Shown: positions 36,008-41,339 of the stretch, one piece after another
Position numbering within the stretch: position 1 is the first letter of the stretch
How the letters are laid out: each line of letters starts with the position of its first letter
Origin: Octopus bimaculoides
Taxonomy: Eukaryota
NCBI RefSeq assembly: GCF_001194135.2
Contig: NC_068983.1
Span: 139,503,231 to 139,544,569, forward strand
Direction: 5' to 3'
Length of the DNA stretch: 41,339 bases
The notes under the pieces: model-generated
What the model was told of the DNA's origin: nothing
What the model saw: only the letters and a program-made list of their open reading frames with translations
The model's database searches: none
Made by a program: the position numbers and the translations under genes

Positions 36008-36607
36008 CATGTTTCAGTGATTTCACTGCAGCCATGCTGGAGCACCACCTTTAGTCGAGCAAGTCGACCCTAGGACTTATTCATTGGAAGCGTAGTACTT
36101 ATTCTATTGGTCTCTTATGCAGAACCGCTAAGTTACGGGGAGGTAAACACACCGGCATCAGTTGTCAGGTGATGTTAGGGGGACAAACACAAACATACAC
36201 TCACACACATACACACACACACACATACACACACACACACACNNNNNNNNNNNNNNNNNNNNNNNNNNNNNNNNNNNNNNNNNNNNNNNNNNNNNNNNNN
36301 NNNNNNNNNNNNNNNNNNNNNNNNNNNNNNNNNNNNNNNNNNNNNNNNNNNNNNNNNNNNNNNNNNNNNNNNNNNNNNNNNNNNNNNNNNNNNNNNNNNN
36401 NNNNNNNNNNNNNNNNNNNNNNNNNNNNNNNNNNNNNNNNNNNNNNNNNNNNNNNNNNNNNNNNNNNNNNNNNNNNNNNNNNNNNNNNNNNNNNNNNNNN
36501 NNNNNNNNNNNNNNNNNNNNNNNNNNNNNNNNNNNNNNNNNNNNNNNNNNNNNNNNNNNNNNNNNNNNNNNNNNNNNNNNNNNNNNNNNNNNNNNNNNNN
36601 NNNNNNN

Positions 36608-36656
<49 letters not shown>

Positions 36657-36770
36657 ACATATACGACGGGCTTCCACTCACAAGGCTTTGGTCAACCCGA
36701 GACTACAGTAGAAGACACTTGTCCAACGTACCACGCAGTGGGACTGAACACGGAACCATGTGGCTGGAAG
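36008..36770 (-). mobile_element. SINE family A spanning a gap in its internal microsatellite
   Basis: Tail half 36008-36200 and head half 36655-36770 match 19925-20321; (CA)n-N365-(TA)n lies between them. Confidence 0.88.
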
Positions 36771-36894
36771 ACGTGAGTGCATCAACACCGGTTGTAAACT
36801 GACTGCGGGTGCAAACACGGATACAATGACACATATTCATACACACACATACACTCACATACATACACACACACGCACTCACACACATATATTC

Positions 36895-37170
36895 AATTCA
36901 AAAGAGCACAGAGAAGAAGGAAAACACAGACAAACGTTTGGACTTGGCACAAGCAATGTAGTAATAAGATGCTCAGAAATGGAAAAAACTAGAGGTTTTA
37001 CGTTTCGAGCATAGATCTTCTTCGGAAAAAGGAAGAAACTGGAATGCTCAAGACGAAGGAGGAAGAAAATCGCCAAGAGTAACGGGCGGTTACATTTTGG
37101 AAGTAAGTGACCGGAAGTAGGAATGAGGAGAAATTGCTTTCTGGAATAGGAAAGTGCGAAAATGGTCAGT
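36895..37170 (-). mobile_element. Penelope-type pLTR-like fragment with hammerhead-like motif at 37000-37025
   Basis: Reverse complement reads TTTTTCCGAAGAAGATCTATGCTCGAAACGTAAAAC in a pyrimidine-rich context. Confidence 0.5.
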
Positions 37171-37300
37171 ATGCGGGTGTGTGCGCGCTCCCGCGTGTGT
37201 AAGTGCGTATGGTATCGTGTGGCGCGTGTTGTGAGTGTGACAGCGTGTTGTGTGTGTGGTAGCGTGTGCATGTATGGCAGCTTGTGTGTGGGGTAGTCAC

Positions 37301-37339
<39 letters not shown>

Positions 37340-38228
37340 GTATGCGTGTGTGTGTGCGTGTGTGTGCGTGTGTATATGTGTGTGTGTGTGTGTGTGTATG
37401 CGTGGTAGCGTGCGGGTTCCTGGTAGCGTGTGTGTAAATGATATAAACTCTTTGTGTGTGTGTAGTAGGATCTGCATACGCGTGTGTTAATGTCGGTCTG
37501 AGTGATTAGCAGCTATAGTGATGGGTGTGTGAATGGGTGGGTGTGGCAGTATGTGTGTGTGGGCGTTTGCAGGTCTGCGTAGTTGGAAGGTTCAATATGA
37601 GTCGAGGCAGACAGAAGGTGTGAATATGGATGGCTCTGGTTTGAAAGGGGTGAGAAGGAGTATGTGTAGGTGCGTTGGTGTAGCGAAGGGTGTGGCAATT
37701 GTGTGTGCTGACGTGTGTGGGAGTGTATGTACGTGCGTGTGTGAGAGTGCGCACGCGCGTGCAGGCGTGTGTGCATGTGCGCACGCGAGGTTGTCTGTAG
37801 CATGTGTCTACGTGTGCGCGCGCGAGATGGTGTGTTGTGTGTGCATACGTGTGGGCGTGTGTATGTGTGTGTCCGCGTGCGACTTTGTGTGTGGTGTGTA
37901 GTATAGGAATATAAAAATAAGAAATGATACAAATAGATAGTAAAAAAATAATAATTACGAAAAAAATCGATAATACAAATAATACATTATGAAATTAATA
38001 AATAAATAATGTAAAATAATCATCGAAGAGAAGAAGACAAGGAAAATTTAAGCCATGAACTTTCATTTTCTGCGTACGAAATCTACCAACAGGATTTTGG
38101 TCGGACCATAGCAAAAGACAGGCAGTTCACTGGAGTAGGAACCACTCACTTTCCCTCTCTCTCTCTCACACACACACATGCACTTATATATTAATGATGT
38201 ACACTACATGACAGGTATACATAATACT

Positions 38229-38612
38229 GGAGGCAAAATCGCCCATCAGTTAGGGCAGCGGAATCGCGGTCGTAGGATCCCAGTTCCGATTCCCAAACCG
38301 AGGGTTGTGAGTGTTTATTGAGCGAAAACACCTAAAGCTCCACGAGGCTCCGGCAGGAGTTGGAGGCGAACCCTCATGTGCTCTTTCACCACAACTTCCT
38401 CTCACTTTTTCTTCCTGTTTCTGTTGTTCAAGCTGTATTTCAAAATGCCAGCCTTGTCACACTCTGTGTCACGCTGAATCTCCCCGCGAACTACGTTCAG
38501 GGTACACGTCTCTGTGGAGTACTCAGCCACTTCCACATTAGTTTCGCGAGCAGGCTGTTCCGTTGATCGCATCAAGTGGAACCTTCGTCATTGTAACCGA
38601 CAGAGTGCTACG
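38229..38612 (+). mobile_element. Full-length tRNA-derived SINE (family D) with 10-bp target-site duplication
   Basis: tRNA-like head GGAGGCAAAATCGCCCATCAGTTAGGGCAGCGG...CAGTTCCGATTCCC; GC-rich body; ACATAATACT at 38219-38228 and 38613-38622. Confidence 0.9.
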
Positions 38613-38670
38613 ACATAATACTGAAATACGCATAATGCAAGTACATGCAGACAATTACAACAAATTAAGG

Positions 38671-38705
<35 letters not shown>

Positions 38706-39530
38706 ATGTGTGTGTTTGTGTGTGTATGAATATTCAAACGCACACACGCACACACACACAACACACAACACAACACACAACACAACAGACACACACACAT
38801 ATATAAATTCTCATACACATATTCGTGTACCAGTATTTGTGTATTTGCATCTAAGTTATGTATCACATATATATACAACATTTCTATTCACCAATCGATC
38901 TACGTATATTCATTGATCTCTATGTTTCCACGACAAAACTTTTCTCTATTCACTTTCCAGTATTACTACTTCAGTATTTGCGCCCCCACTTTCTCTCTCT
39001 AATCTCTAGTGTGAAAACTAACTTGGCTAACCTGTATCTTATTTTTTGCTCTAGTGATCCGTTTCTACCTCCCTCTGCTTACATATCTATAGGACATCTT
39101 TCATATACAATCGGTCACGATTACCTGTTTTATTTTCTTTTCTATGTTACTTATTCTAAGACAACCTGTTCTCTAATCAATGTGTATTGCTGTGCATGAA
39201 GCTACCTACTATGTCATTATGCTGAACTGCACAAAGCTGATAATAGGATGTTCACCAATTCTGTATGGTGATAGCTGTACCTGTACAGTGACATATTCAC
39301 ATCCAGAAAGGTAGTCATCATAAGATGTATGTTCCTATGGCTTTGTGTCCATCAATTTATATATCGATCTTTCCCCCCAAACTCCTATCAGTATATATAT
39401 AGCAAATAAGTAAATCCCAAAATAATTCGACGATACTTTTTCTGCAGAAGAAGCATGTAATGAAATATGGAAGACATACATATTGAACTCACAATTTAAA
39501 TAACACCAACGTGCATACATGCATATATAT

Positions 39531-39760
39531 ACACTTTATTTCATGTGGCTCCATTCCACTGAGCTGTATAAATGAGTTGCGGGTCACTAGTGCCACGCAT
39601 TTGCTTTTCCCGTGAATAACATCAGTGGCGTGGAGATTGGAGGCTGGTATGCATGGACGGCTGCTGGTCTTCCATAAGCAACCTTGCCCGGAGTTGTGCC
39701 TCGAAGGGGAACATTTTAGGTGCAATCCCATAATCATTCATGACCGGGGGGGGGGGTCTT
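39531..39760 (+). mobile_element. 5'-truncated SINE-like repeat (family E)
   Basis: GC-rich island starting ACACTTTATTTCATGTGGCTCCATTCCACTGAGCTGTATAAATGAG, a CORE/V-like motif recognised from memory; there is no second copy in the window. Confidence 0.45.
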
Positions 39761-39842
39761 TATCCTATATATTTTCTTTTCTTTTATTCTTTTATTTATT
39801 TCAGTCNNNNNNNNNNGGGGGGGGGGGTCTTTATCCTATATA

Positions 39843-40004
39843 TTTTCTTTTCTTTTATTCTTTTATTTGTTTCAGTCATTTGATTGCGGCCAAGCTGCAG
39901 CACAACCTTTAGTCGAACAAATTGACCCCATGAATTACTCTTTGTAAACTTAGTATTTATTCTGTCGATCGCTTATGCCGAACCGCTAAGTTACGGGGAC
40001 GTAA
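39843..40004 (-). mobile_element. SINE family A 3' fragment
   Basis: TTGTTTCAGTCATTTGATTGCGGCC...CCTTTAGTCGAACAAATTGACCCC...CCGAACCGCTAAGTTACGGGGACGTAA. Confidence 0.88.
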
Positions 40005-40044
40005 GCACAACCACTCTTGCACAACCACTCTTGCGCCTATAAGC

Positions 40045-40132
40045 TACTAGGTCTTGAGGCCGATTAATTCAAAAGGCGGTGCTCCAGCATGGCTGCAGTC
40101 AAATGACTGAAACAAGTAAAAGAATAAAAGAA
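40045..40132 (+). mobile_element. SINE family A 3' fragment (opposite orientation)
   Basis: AAGGCGGTGCTCCAGCATGGCTGCAGTCAAATGACTGAAACAAGTAAAAGAATAAAAGAA. Confidence 0.88.
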
Positions 40133-40158
40133 TATATATCTATATATAATTTCATTCT

Positions 40159-40330
40159 TTCTTTTACTCTTTTACTTGTTTCAGTCAATTCACTGCGGCC
40201 AAGCTGGAGCACCGCCTTAAAGGATTTTTCGTCGGAAAAAAATCAACACCAGCAATTATTCTTTGTAAGCCTAGTATATATACTATCGGCCTGTTTTGCC
40301 GAACCTCTAAGTTACAGGGACGTAAACAAC
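40159..40330 (-). mobile_element. SINE family A 3' fragment
   Basis: TTCTTTTACTCTTTTACTTGTTTCAGTC...GGAGCACCGCCTT...GTAAGCCTAGTA...GCCGAACCTCTAAGTTACAGGGACGTAAAC. Confidence 0.88.
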
Positions 40331-40900
40331 ACTAATTTTCTACCGACAGAAATTCCTCTTCCAAACGCCACTGCAATTCTGGACATTCGTGAGTGGCAGC
40401 ATAGAGATCATCTATACTATCACGATACATGCTGCCAATAATTACACGCGACATTGAATAAATTGAAAACAAAGCAACGACATAACCAGCATCTCCACTC
40501 ATTCACTTCATAAAACAGGAATGACTCCAACTTGTTGTCCAAATCGTTTCGAGCATACTGCATTAACAGGGATCAGGTATTATCAAATTCATGGATTAGA
40601 AGTAAATTCATTGCTATCAAAATGATACACTTTGCAAAAAAAAAAAAAAAATTAAAAATAAAAAAAAATTTTTTTAATTAAAGCAGTAGATTTATATATT
40701 AATATCAACTAAAACGAAGCGTTCCACAAACATATATATTCAGAGGAACTAAACGAAAAGAAACATTAAGAAAAAACTCTACAAAGAACAAAAGAAATGC
40801 ACACACCGTCACATACCTCATAAATACCCTTTTATGTTGACAAAATCAAATAGAAAAGCTTAACATTAGACACAATGAAATCAAAACAAAAGCTAAACAA

Positions 40901-40954
<54 letters not shown>

Positions 40955-41289
40955 CAGATCTTAAATTTTTTAGGTAGGTAATGATTGACAATGTAACAAA
41001 CATAACAATGAAAAGTGCACTGCAATGACAGTGCATTTTTTAAGAAAATATAATAGTAAAACTATTATTGTTCTGTACTTTCAATGAAGAGTAATAGTTG
41101 TCATCAGCAATAATACTACTAATAACATTAGTCTACAACTCGTGCGTAAGTTCATACTTTATTCGCCAAAAGTCAACCCCAAGATATAATATCATTCAGA
41201 ACGTGCATTGCTATATAAACCATCTTGCAAAGCAAATACAACAGTTGCTTTTTTGATTCGTCCAATTCAAGTCATTACTACAAGTGTTA

Positions 41290-41339
<50 letters not shown>

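Noticed and set aside
39745-39870. About 60-bp direct duplication either side of the 10-N gap at 39807-39816
   Set aside because: Typical contig-overlap artefact at a minimum-size gap beginning in a G homopolymer.
237-41339. Long ORFs rich in YI, HT, CV or X in the ORF track
   Set aside because: They are translations of (AT)n, (CA)n and (GT)n microsatellites and of N-gaps, with no protein-like content.

Overview
This is AT-rich, microsatellite-dense eukaryotic draft DNA with 13 N-gaps. The SINE families look like those I recognise from octopus, probably Octopus bimaculoides (inference, not searched). I find no confident host protein-coding gene, so the window reads as intronic or intergenic; almost all ORFs in the track are (AT)n/(CA)n or gap artefacts. 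Content: at least 4 SINE families, an internally deleted DD37D (maT-type) Tc1/mariner transposon, decayed LINE and Penelope-like remnants, and several short pLTR-like mini-elements carrying hammerhead-ribozyme-like cores. The best candidate for a new system is at 34004-34080: a complete hammerhead core (CUGAUGA, GAAA, GUC, with helices I-III pairable) whose three strands lie in a non-canonical, pseudoknotted order. It overlaps a mutually exclusive HDV-like pseudoknot and sits between ~350-bp inverted repeats. Other notable structures are a 150-bp near-perfect palindrome, a SINE-SINE hairpin with a 60-bp stem and 26-nt loop, and a duplicated CRE+CCAAT module. All alignments and translations were done by eye.
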